The position numbers were made by a program, and so were the translations under genes. Below the pieces are notes generated by a model, which searched no databases, was not told the origin of the DNA, and saw only the letters and a list, made by a program, of their open reading frames with translations. A stretch of 48,730 nt of DNA, the filler included, from Catajapyx aquilonaris (lineage: Eukaryota): assembly GCA_000934665.2 (NCBI GenBank). It is 2 parts of 2 records of this genome, joined end to end, with 100 filler letters (N's around TTAATTAATTAA, not from the genome) between each part and the next. Parts side by side here need not be neighbours in the genome. Positions count along the whole stretch, not along the records: positions 24,414 to 48,730 come from KZ539375.1; 1 more part is not named here. One strand, given 5' to 3'. Below are positions 25,085 to 36,428 of the stretch, one piece after another; position 1 is the stretch's first letter; every line of letters begins with the position of its first letter.

Positions 25085-27124
25085 AGCTTCAGCTGGTGTT
25101 TTCTTCTCAGCTTCAGCCATCCTTTCAACAATGCAAATGACAAGCAGGTGACCACAATAATGCCGTAAGTTTTGTGCCAATGTCTTTTAGCTACTACCTG
25201 GCACTTCGCACACTATTTTACCCTGAAGGAAAACGGACGTACCTGTGACACCAACACCCTGCCAAATGTGGCGTTCCGACAAATAAAGATGGCGTCTCCT
25301 CACGCAGGGTATGCAACCCGGAATCTTGTGCAATCACAGCAAGTACATACACGCAATTGTTTAAACTTCACACCTAATATGTCATCAACAGTAATTATGT
25401 ACTGAGCATTTTTCCGGTTTTGTACGTACTTAAATGTTCTAAATTTATTTTAAGACAGGTGCAACTCCGGTGGTAGGTAGATGGCGGATAGCGAACGATA
25501 TAGCGCCCCCAGCGCTTTAATCCAGGCCTGGCGGAGACACACGAATGTAACTACCGTATCCATCGTATCCATACATCTAGGGGGGGAAGTGACATGGGGC
25601 TGTCAAAGATGGCCGCCTTTGAGGTCGATGCCTTAGACCATATATGGTCTATGGTATATATGGTATATATGGTCTAAGGTCGATGCCGCCAATTCGATCC
25701 GGCAACGTTGCAAAGTCGTTAACGGAGGCTCACGGACCAATCACGAGTAGCGTCAGTGTGACGTGTCATGAGCAGGAGAGTGGGTGGCATGTGGGTGGGT
25801 GGGTGCCAGGGGGAGTGCCTATTCACTGTTTCTTGAGGGGGAGGTCTGCCTCTTTGCTTCCGAGACCCCATATCAACGGTCGTGTTCCATTGTTCTTGCT
25901 TCTTGGTGTCTGAAGGCTACGGAGTAACTGGGAGATCTTCGAAAGATAGGTGGTCGCTTGTTTCTTAGTTGGGCTGCTTGTGGATGGTGCGACTTGGTGG
26001 GCGATATGCTGGGTGGTTTGGTCCCGAGGCGGCGGAAGGAATGGGAACGGGGGCCAGCCTCGGGTGGGTGGGGGAAGGCTAGACTCACCTCTTCTTGGGT
26101 GAAGTTATTCGGGGCCGAAGTGGCAAGCCCCGTTGCCTCTTTTCTGGATGAATCTTGTTTGGTCGGCGGGAGATGCTAGTCAAGGCTCTGCTTGGGGGGG
26201 GGGGGGGGGGNNNNNNNNNNNNNNNNNNNNNNNNNNNNNNNNNNNNNNNNCCCCCCCCCCTTCCCCCGGTGGGGGAAAGGACGCCATTGCATGGGGTGGG
26301 TGGTATCGCTATCTTTAATAACTCGCCCCAGCCTTTGTTCGCATCCGGGAGTCAGTCCAACCCACTTCCGCGACTGATGCCACGGGAAGAATCCGGGTCT
26401 TGGTGTCCTGGTCCCACTCCCACTGTAGGTATGGGAACGGATTCATCTTTAATGCCGGGAGAGCTTAGGAGTTAGTGTATGTAAAACAGAATGTCACGTT
26501 TTCCCCGCGAAACCGATGCAAGATATGCATAAGTAAAATACTGTATTATCCAGAAAACGTCTACTTTGCACATAATTATGGGGTGATCTGAAACGTCAGA
26601 CTAATGTGGCTCTTGTTACTATGCTGCTTATTTGTAGCATTTATTTTGAGTCGTTATCACAAGTATTAGCTACTGACATTAGGTTAAATGTACTGCAAAG
26701 TGGGTTCTGTCATCAAAGTGAGATGCAAATTGTTCCAATGGCCATTCCTAATTGGTAAGCAATGTCATCCTTATAATTTTAAGTGCATTTGTGAATAAAT
26801 CATGGGTTGTTTAATAAGAAATATTAAAATCAAATTTTGACTGCCATTTTTAATTTTCAATTTTTGGATTTTTAAAGCATGAGAATGATCATCTAATAGA
26901 CTCATAGAGAGTGAAAATGCCCTTCAAATGCACCCATCAAGTTTAAGATTTATCCTGATCTGAGAGTTATGGTTTTCCTAGTGACAGCATATGGAGCAAG
27001 AATGCTAGAATATCACACCTTGTAGTTTTGCAACCACTTTCCAAAATAATGCAGTACATTTCAATCATTTTTGGTTTCATGTAAGAACTGTAAAAAAGTG
27101 AGTGGATAGGATCAAGGTCTAGCT

Positions 27125-27359
27125 CAGTGGTTTCCAACTGGTGGGTCGCGGGCAGGGTCGCTGAGGGTCGTGAGCCATGGTTCAATTTATTTTTTTTGCA
27201 ATTTCTGTGTCAATTGAACCATTTTGCAGCTGTGCAGAGGGTATGTTTTCTGGAAAGGGGGCAATTGTAGGAGGGGCTGGGGGACGGGAGGAAGGGGAGC
27301 GTCGCACATCTATGGAAACATGTTTAGGGGGTCGCAGTTGGTAAAGTTGGAAACCACTG
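27125..27359. mobile_element. hAT-type MITE, same family as 21479-21697
   Basis: TIR CAGTGGTTTCCAAC; 8-bp TSD GTCTAGCT. Confidence 0.92.
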
Positions 27360-27509
27360 GTCTAGCTTAAGTCGACCAGGTCAGCAATTGCACAGGATGG
27401 AAACCAGTCTCTCCTGTGCCTTGCCTGCTCACCCTCTTGCTATGCAATGTGTGATTCAGCACAGTATTAGCATGCTTTGCAATTTGATAATACTGCAGTC
27501 ACATATTAA

Positions 27510-28398
27510 GTCCTACATTTAAGAAATGCATGATCCCATGATGACAGGTACAGGGTCAACATAAGGAACATTCATCTTCAAGACTTGGCATAGACCCCTG
27601 AAGCAGTTGACACCAGTGGGCCATGTATTGCCATGATATGCCAAAAATAAATCTCCCATTACTCGCAAATTACAAAAACTCATTTCTTGGCTTAGGTAAG
27701 GCCTACTTTGCTTGTGTACAGTGTCCACGACGTCTTGTCGCCAGCTTCACAGACACACCCTTACCATTTGGGAAATCTTTAAATAAAATTCCATGCTATT
27801 GAACCACAAATAAGCCAATTCTTCTGCTTCATTTAACAAAGGCAAAGTGCATCTACTTTTTTTCATTTTTTTTTGGCACCTTCAGATGCCACACTTGCAA
27901 GTAATTCCCCAGATAAGCAGTTGTACCTCAGGCCATCATGTATCTTGCCTCTCTCAACATGTGTTGAACATCCAGCACCTAGGCAATCATGTCTAACATT
28001 CAAGTAGAGTTATTTATCTGGCAAAAGGGAGCTTTTGTGGGATCTGAAGGTTCCAAAGAAAATGAAAAGAGTATATGGCTTTGTCTTTGTCGAATGAAGC
28101 AGAAGGATTGGCATATTTGGGCAGTGCAATAGCAAGGAAATTTGTTTAAAGGTTTCCCGAATGTTAGGGTTTGTCTGTGAAGCTGGCAAACACGACATCA
28201 TAGTCATCATACACGAGTAAGGGAGGCAAGCCAAGCAATGAGTTTGTCATTTGCGAGTAATGAACGATATATTTTTGGCATATCAAGGCAAGACATTGTG
28301 CACTGGTGTCGACTGTTTCAAGGGTCTATGCCAAGTGTTGAATATGAATGTCCCATATGTCCCTGTACCTGTCACGTATTTAGTAAAATGTAGGATTT
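27510..28398. repeat. Diverged inverted repeat or foldback element (arms about 27510-27690 and 28230-28398)
   Basis: TGACAGGTACAGGG...CTTGGCATAGACCC...TTACTCGCAAAT mirrored by ATTTGCGAGTAA...GGGTCTATGCCAAG...CCCTGTACCTGTCA. Confidence 0.8.
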
Positions 28399-28657
28399 TT
28401 GTTTCTTAGACATCTCAATGCATGTGTTAGGCTCAAACCCGAAAACGGCCATTGGGCGAAAAAACCGTCCAGACTGCAGAATGCTCTATGGCACTATGCC
28501 AAACCATCCATTCTGCAGAATGCCCCATGTCAAACCATCCATTCTGTAGAATGGACGTTTTAATGAAATGGCCAGACCCTGAAGTGCTTTTTAAAAATAG
28601 GCCAGAACGCTTTCCTGGGCTAAACTTAAATGTCGGGATGGCTGGTTTAGAAGACGC

Positions 28658-28875
28658 CAGTGACGTAGCCAGGATTACAGTTGGGGGGTGGGGAGGAGGC
28701 CCAGTGCAGCCGATTTTTTAAAGTTCAAGGTCACATGAAGGAGATTTGAATGCATGTGTTTGATGAAATTGGTAGCACTCCCCCCTCCCCCAATCATGAA
28801 TTAGTAATTTTGAAAACATGGGTTTTAAAAAATCCACAAGAGTTCCCCCCCCCCCTCCCCCTGGCTACATCACTG
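28658..28875. mobile_element. hAT-type MITE
   Basis: TIR CAGTGACGTAGCCAG/CTGGCTACATCACTG; 8-bp TSD GAAGACGC; the empty site is visible in the opposite arm near 30161-30170. Confidence 0.9.
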
Positions 28876-29821
28876 GAAGACGCCATAACTCGTTGTGGCA
28901 GTTTCCTGTTTTCCACTCTGCCATGCAGATCCAATGTAGATGCTCGAAATCAATCACCCTATTGTTGTTTGGCAAATGGTTGAAATACACAACATTTGAT
29001 GATTCTGTTCATTTTCCAGTGTGACTATTACCTTCATCATAAGAGGCGGGATTCCAATGTCCCCTAGGTCCATTTGTGTCCTTTAGAAATTCGAGTTTTT
29101 GTTGTCATAATGTATATATGGACTTACATGGCTTCGGAAAAATCCTCTGATTTCCGTGCTTGGACCCTAGACAATGAGCTTATAATTGCATCATAAGCTC
29201 TTTGGACCTAGAGACATTGGTGTATTCTGACCTCAGGAGGAGGTGGGGAGTACCATAAGCTACCAGTCGATGTCCTCAGCTCATTTTTCTTGAAAATGGA
29301 CTTCGGGGACCTTGGAATCCGTCTCTCGTGTTCTAACACTTAGTCACACTTAAAATTACATTTAGTATTACTTGAACAACATTTACATTTCTTATCAATG
29401 TAGTACTTTTTGCAACTGCAACTTACGAATCCCTACTTACGACCTGAACTTGAAAGCTGAAGCCTATCGAGGACGTTTGGCTGCCAGGAATGTGTTAGTG
29501 TTTGTTGTCGACGTTAAGTTGGGCACCAAAGAAGGAATTTTAGAGAGGCTGTATGCTTGCAATGAGTTCACACCTGCTGATTCCAATTTTATAGATCTGA
29601 ACGAAGTTCCTTCAACCAGTTCTGTATCTCTTCGATCGACTTCAGCTTGAAGTTCAGGTGGTAAGCAGGGATTCATAAGTTGCAGTTGAAAAAGTACTGC
29701 ACTGATAATAAATGTAAATGTCGATCAAGCAATATTAAGTGCCATTCTAAGTGTCATTCGAACAGTGCCTGCAAGAACAAATAGACAAATAATTGCAGGA
29801 TAACAGCTCCTGGAAGAAGTA

Positions 29822-29983
29822 CAGTGCTGGCCAATAATCGAGGCAACGACTAGCGACATTTTCCCGAAGCGGCAGAAGAAGGAATCGAAGATAAGCATGC
29901 CACAAGCCGGGCGAGCAAGATTCCTTCTTCTGCCGCTTCGGGAAAATGTCGCTAGTCGTTGCCTCGATTATTGGCCAGTACTG
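29822..29983. mobile_element. Tc1/mariner-type hairpin MITE
   Basis: TA|CAGTGCTGGCCAATAATCGAGG...CCTCGATTATTGGCCAGTACTG|TA; near-perfect arms of about 65 bp. Confidence 0.88.
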
Positions 29984-30325
29984 TACTAGTAATAATGGTA
30001 ATAAATATTTGGAGGTAATAGTTCGTGGAAAATAAACAGGATCATCAAATGTTAAGTATTTCAACCATTTGCCAAACAACAATAGGGTGATTTATTTCCA
30101 GCATCTACATTGGATCTACATGGCATGGTGGGAAACAGGAAACTGCCACACCGAGTTAAGGGCGTCTTCGAAACCAGCCATCCCGACAGGAAATTGGCAT
30201 CCTAGCGTTTAAGTTAAGTCCACAAAGGGTTCTGGCCTTATTAAAATGATCATTTCGGGGTCTGGCCGTTTCATTAAAACGTCCAGATTGCAGAATGCTC
30301 TATGTCAAACCGTCCATTCTGCATT

Positions 30326-30420
30326 CGATCTTCCATCATTTGTTTAGTACGTGATCTTACAATCTCAATTGTGTTTTTCAAGTACTTTCGGAAATCAAAA
30401 ATTATTAAATAGGATGACTG

Positions 30421-30467
<47 letters not shown>

Positions 30468-32736
30468 TACAGTTTTCGAGGTTTTCGTATCACCAGAAAT
30501 GGTTTACTGTTTTCCCAACAAATGTCATAATTCTATCTCGTAGGTTTTGTACCCTCATCATTCATCTATACATTTCCGTGTTCAGATCATAATGATTACT
30601 TTAACAATAATTATTACAAAAATATTTACATGGCAGTGTGACTTTGTAACAGTGTTCATTTCCTTAAGGTTAAAAATGGGAAACAAAAAAACATAATAAA
30701 GGAACCCGGCAAACTCCTTATTTTTAGACAAATTGTCGCCTTTGCAAGGATGTATCATGTTAAAAATTGACAATTCATAATTCATTATAAATCGGCATTT
30801 TTGCGATAGAGTGGACATGAAGCGACGATTATTTTTTTCGTTGAATACCGCATTTGATCACACCAATCGGATGCTCAACATCTCTACTAAACAATGCCAA
30901 CCTTAAAAATGGTCAGTGTTGCTGTTCTTTGGCACCAGCTGCTCATACGTTCGACTGTGCGCGCCAAAGGCCTTTTGGTGTCTGGGGACACGCGCGGCTT
31001 TTGGCGCCTCTGTAAGCATTGCCATTCATTCGATCACTTCTCAAGTGTGTCTGTTGGATGCAGCTTGATGTCCTCTTTCGATTGGTGTGCTTACATTGTC
31101 GGAGGGTGATCTCTGTGTGCTTCAGTTTCAGTAACTAACCAGAGTCATCCGAAAGCTTTGGTTCATTACCAAAAATTACAAAAAAATCCTGTACACACCT
31201 TATGCCAATGATTTGGAGCGTCAAACTTGGAAACCTCTGTGGGAGTTGCGTAATACAGCAGTGTGCAAAGATTCAGCCCAATTCCATACCTCCATGTATT
31301 TATTTGGACGGTAACGAACCAAGCCATTTTCCTGCCGTCGAGCGTGCTCCCTCCGATGTCGGCTCAGATAATAAGCAAATCCACGTCCAATAATGCAGAA
31401 ATTTTTATGTAATGGTTTTCAATGGCGCTGATTTCAGATCCGATGTCAGAAATTCAAAAATCAAAATGGTTGATCCAATATGGCAGACAGCATGTGCAGA
31501 GAATTGGACAGATATACAGCATTAGCGTCAAAATTAGTTTACGGCGGCTTTAGAGAGCTCTGATTTCAAATTCAATGTAAAAAGTTACAAATCAAAGTGG
31601 CGCGATGTGTTATCCGGATATGCCCTGATGCTACCACCGATTTTATTGGGAGGAAGGGGGAGAGATGCAGCTCTTCAATGGTTCTTATTTATGATGCTGA
31701 AAACAAATTTTCACGAATCCTTCATGTTATAAACAGTTGCCTCTATTTACAATGCCACTGCAAGATGGGTGGTCCGGAAGTTAATTGTCTCTAGCGGTCA
31801 AGGTGGCAGGTGGTGGCAGCTGGTCTTTGGTTCTTCTCAGTCATGAGAGCCTCCCGCTTTTTATAGGCCGTAAATCAAAAAATTTGCATTTATCTGAATT
31901 TTTGCAGGTCTGAATTTATTGGAAAATTGACTGAAATGACCCATTTTCAAATACCTTCATTTATAGGCTTAGTAAATTTTTATAGATGGTCACATTATAA
32001 CTCCTTATACAGTCATATGCATATGCATTACAATGTGGTGCAGCTAAAATGGCTGTGCTACGTCCAGGAAACTCGATACAAATAACATTGTCAAAATCAT
32101 CACTCTCAGGCGATAATGACCGAATTAATTTGCCCGTAATTTCCTCTTACATCAGTCGCTGTTTTCGTGGTTTTATGGGCACTTACGTGCCAAGCAATAA
32201 TGTGTCTCTGATGACCCCAATGTCTAATATTATCGTAATGCGAATATCATGTAGATATTTGCAAGTTGGAAAATCTATACCTATGGCCGTGTTTGAAAAT
32301 CATACGACCCAGCCATCTCAATCGACCAATACACGAGAATCCTCTGATGACTGGTCAGTGTCATGATGTGTCTCGTTTTAATTATGTGCGCCCTGAAGTG
32401 GTAAAACAGCTCAAAATACTACCCGTGAAAAGGTTCTGAACGGTGGAAAATCGCACGCCTTGGTTCGTTACTTTTTTTTCTTGGGGGCGACATGGTGGCG
32501 GAGTGGTTAGCGCCGCAGCCTATCACCTCTAAGGTTCCGAGTTCGATCCCCGGGTCGGACGGAGGATTCTTATGTGGATAGAGTTTCGATGGGTTCTCTC
32601 CGTGTTCGCGTGGGTTTTCTCGGGGTTCTCCCGTTTCCTCCCGCTATCAAAATCCATCACAGCGCAGGCAATGATTAAAGTCGGTTAAATAAAAGATGAT
32701 CCCCTAAGAGGCCCAAGGAGCCTAGCACGGGGTATC

Positions 32737-32802
<66 letters not shown>

Positions 32803-34267
32803 ATTTTTTCTTGGTTCGTTACCGAAAGTTTTGTTGCGCTACGATGCAAAGAAAAGCAGATACCGGCACGGCAAGGTGACCAATGGATTCCTCACACTTT
32901 TCTTCTCTAGAGCATCTCTATACTGCCATCAAAACCACTTAGAATTCACAGAGTTATTACGCAATGTAAACCCGGTGCAGAAATGCGTGTCCTCGAAACT
33001 TTGGTTCGTTACCGTGTTTGTTCTCGCTCCTCGGGCGCTATCGAATGATGTATTTTGTGTCGGATTTGTGGAAAAATTCAGCCCTCTGTACCTGGAACTC
33101 AATAGAAAAAAAAAGTATCCCCAAAGGTTTACCACAAGCATGGAAAATCCCAATGAAAGTTGAACAAAATCGTCCGAACCTTGGTTAGTTACCGCAAAAA
33201 TGCCCAAATATATTTTTTAAATTTGCAATTTTTTGCCCCACTGCATTCAAGTCCTTCACTTCGTAAAGTCATTGTCACCGGGAGTTGATTTTCCAATATT
33301 ATAGTAATTTCCGAGTTGTACGATCCCAAAAAGAACCGGTACATAGACCAAAACCTTAAATAATATCCGTGGCCTGACTTTGTGACTAGTTTATGCTGTC
33401 ACAAAGTCACTTGCAAAACAACTACATTAACTTTATACCCTTTTATCTTCTACAAAATAAGTTCAATCCTGCATCATCTTTTATGTCTTAGCCAATGTAT
33501 TTTCATACTGAAAATGTCAACATATTTTACTCTCCTTGCAGCTGTGCTGGTCGTTATTAGAGAAATTAATTAGTTGACATTGAGCTAACAATACTCGCAG
33601 TTTGCAAACTTGAAACGTGACCGCCAACAATGCACCAGGTATAGGAGCTTTCCAAGCTTGCCTCTATAGGTGGTCACCCATACGCAGCCATCTATTGGGG
33701 CCAGTTTTAGTGTAGTAGTTAATAGAATTGTGGTGCGATATTCGAAAAACTGACACGTCACAAAGTCACCGCACTTATGGTATTATTCGGGATTTAGGGG
33801 TCCAAGGGTACATGTACAAGCTCGATAAACAGTCCTCCCTATTAATTTTAGACGTTTTCTCATCGAAAAAAGTATGATAGAATGGCCTCTGCCCGTCTGT
33901 CTGTGTACAGGTATCAGGGCCTAATCTGTAAGAGATAACGATCGACGGGTTTGGGATTCAGATTTAGCGGACCCTAAATAGGTTTCATGGCCAACTTACT
34001 TTCCGGGTTCACTATATCTGCCAAGGTCACACCTACAGGCAGGCAACTGTATAAATTGGGTTCCTTGTCAATGAGAAATGAGACTGACAGCAATCAATAT
34101 CATTGTTGCCCAATTAGAATATTGCAGCCTCATTTTCTGCTGCTCAGTAAGGAAAAGTATACTCAAATCATGATCGCAGGATTTTCCAATCTTGTGTATC
34201 TCCGAAAGTACTTGAAAAACACAATTGAGATTGTAAGATCACGTACTAAACAAATGATGGAAGATCG
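30326..34267. repeat. Perfect 67-bp inverted repeats (30326-30392 and 34201-34267) bracketing about 3.9 kb
   Basis: Base-by-base reverse-complement identity over 67 bp. Confidence 0.85.
32485..32803 (+). mobile_element. tRNA-derived SINE, family A, full length
   Basis: A-box and B-box, (TTA)n tail, TSD TTTTTTCTTGG at 32474-32484 and 32804-32814. Confidence 0.9.
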
Positions 34268-34933
34268 CATGTTAATTTTGTAGCATTTTTTTCGACTTGA
34301 CAGGCAAGAAAGGTCAAAGGTCATCCAATTTTACCTCGACAAGAGGCGTCATTAACAGCCAAATGCAATTTATAGCAGGAGGATTCATACCGTTGCGTTG
34401 TAAAGAACTTTTCATTCATTTTGAGAATGCTTATGATGCACATGAATGCTAAAATGAGCAGTTATGTAATGGAAATTTTAGCAATTTTCTCCCTCCCTTC
34501 TCCATATTTAATTTATATCTCCGTAACTACGCGCGACACAAAATCGAAATTTTCGGGACCTTATAGAACACGGATGGATGATCATGTGAATATTTTTCAC
34601 ATATTTTTGTGACCTCATAGGGTCAAAAGGTCAAATGTCAAATATTTTGACCTCAAAAAATGAGAGGTCACATTTTGCAAAAAAAATCCTCTTTGGTACA
34701 GGAATATTGGGCAAACCTTCCAGAATTGAAATTCACTTCAACGATGTCAGTGGTGCCAATAGTTGCCAAAATATGGCAGCTGACGTGATGATCAAATTTT
34801 AGCACATGCAAATTTTCACCGGTCATTGCTCGTGACCTATGGATACATAACGTTTCTGTATGCCAAATTTCAAAATTTTAGAAAAATGCAGCGTGGACAT
34901 CGATATCTGATCTCACCTGGAATCACTGTGTAC

Positions 34934-35072
34934 CATCAGTCCAAAAAGAATTGTCCCAGTCATCCTGATGTGTGTGCTGCCCGCTCGACACACACCATGT
35001 AACTTACATGGTGTGTGTCGAGCGGCCAGCCCACACGTCAGGATGACTGGGACAGTTCTTTTTGGACTGATG
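34934..35072. repeat. Near-perfect 139-nt hairpin
   Basis: CATCAGTCCAAAAAGAA...CCATGTAA C TTACATGG...TTCTTTTTGGACTGATG. Confidence 0.92.
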
Positions 35073-35073
35073 A

Positions 35074-35786
35074 TACCACATGTGAAAAGGATATGCACTC
35101 TGCATGGTTATGCAGGTAAATTCCAGGTGTAATTTGAAATGTTTAACTTGTGTCAAATTACACCTGGAATTTACGTGGGGATTTGGTGGGTTCTTGTTGG
35201 GAAGGCTGGTGCAAATTGACTATTTCTGCGCCTCAGAGACACAAGAAGTTCTGTCAAATTAAATGGCATGATGCACTACTTTCATTGCAGATGGATGGAC
35301 AAGGGAGGGCAAGGGGTAGGGCCAGAGGCCGCGCACAGTCTCAGACCATGGGGGAAGGAGAGACCAGGCCAGGCTGTGAACTGGTGGCATCAGGATCCCA
35401 GACCCGCCCCCCAGTTGGAGGCGGAAGGGCCGCCTGCTCCAGGAAGGTCCCAGGCACCACCAGACCTGGAGGAGGGAGCTGCCCAGCCAGAGAGGGTCGT
35501 GACCGCTGGTGCCGCTAGCTTGCAGAAGGAGTTGTCCGCAATGGCTATCCAAGAGGGTGAGCCACTTCATTTGCTATCATTGCTTTTGTAGGCTCCTTCA
35601 AGTGCTCCAAGTACAAGGTGGAAGGGACTGGGGTTGCATTAATCTCCCACATGTGGCATGTTGATCAGGTGGCATGATTTTGCTTTTCCAGAAGGTGGCA
35701 ATGATGTGTTGGCGGGCAGGGGAGGCGCCAGGGAGCAACTGGATCGCCAAATGACGCAGGTATGCACATGTCCAGACCACGTCACC
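35074..35786 (+). pseudogene. Truncated, frameshifted tandem duplicate of the piwi 5' region
   Basis: Co-linear with 36218-36944 including intron 1. Lacks 20 nt (TGACTGCAGGGGAGGGGCCG) in exon 1 and ends early in exon 2. Confidence 0.9.
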
Positions 35787-36174
35787 CTGTAGATGATCTT
35801 CCCCCCGGCATTTTACATTTAAAAGGACCACCACAAATTAAAATAATTATTTTTGGAGCAAAGTTGTTATTCATTAATATCACTCCATCAATTTTTGAAC
35901 AAAAAAGAAGAAAACGGCCCAAAGACCTGCCAAAAACTCCGCCGTCAACAGGTTAAAGTTAATTGCACTGTTTGAAAAAAAATTGGAACACCCTGTAGAT
36001 GAATTTTTTCAGCATTTTACATTCAAAAGGACCACCATGAGTTAAAATGATAAATATTGGAGCATATTGTTTTTCATTAATATCACTCCTACTACATTTT
36101 GGTCAATAAAAGAAAAAAAGGCCCCAAAAAAAGGCCCAAAAAAGGCCCAAAAAACCCCGCCGTCAAAGGGTTAA
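35783..36174. mobile_element. Two diverged units of about 180 bp of a DNA-transposon end fragment
   Basis: Units start CACCCTGTAGATGA (35783 and about 35989) and end CGCCGTCAA..GGTTAA, a piggyBac-like TTAA terminus. Confidence 0.55.
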
Positions 36175-36428
36175 CCACAGAAGAGAACAGTACATTAACC
36201 CTTTCGAATTTAGCGTGTACCACATGTGAAAAGGATATGCACTCTGCATGGTTATGCAGGTAAATTCCAGGTGTAATTTGAAATGTTTAACTTGTGTCAA
36301 ATTTACCTGGGGATTTGGAGTGTTCTTGTTGGGAAGGCTGGTGCAAATTGACTATTTCTACCCCTCAGAGACACAAGAACAAGAAGTTCTGTCAAATTAA
36401 ATGGCATGATGTACTACTTTCATTGCAG

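Larger units (their letters stand above)
28430..30322. mobile_element. Composite foldback element (outer arms about 28553-29033 and 30012-30285) with nested insertions
   Basis: CACCCTATTGTTGTTTGGCAAATGGTTGAAATAC mirrored at about 30056-30089; inner inverted repeat about 29346-29470 and 29628-29753. Confidence 0.75.
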
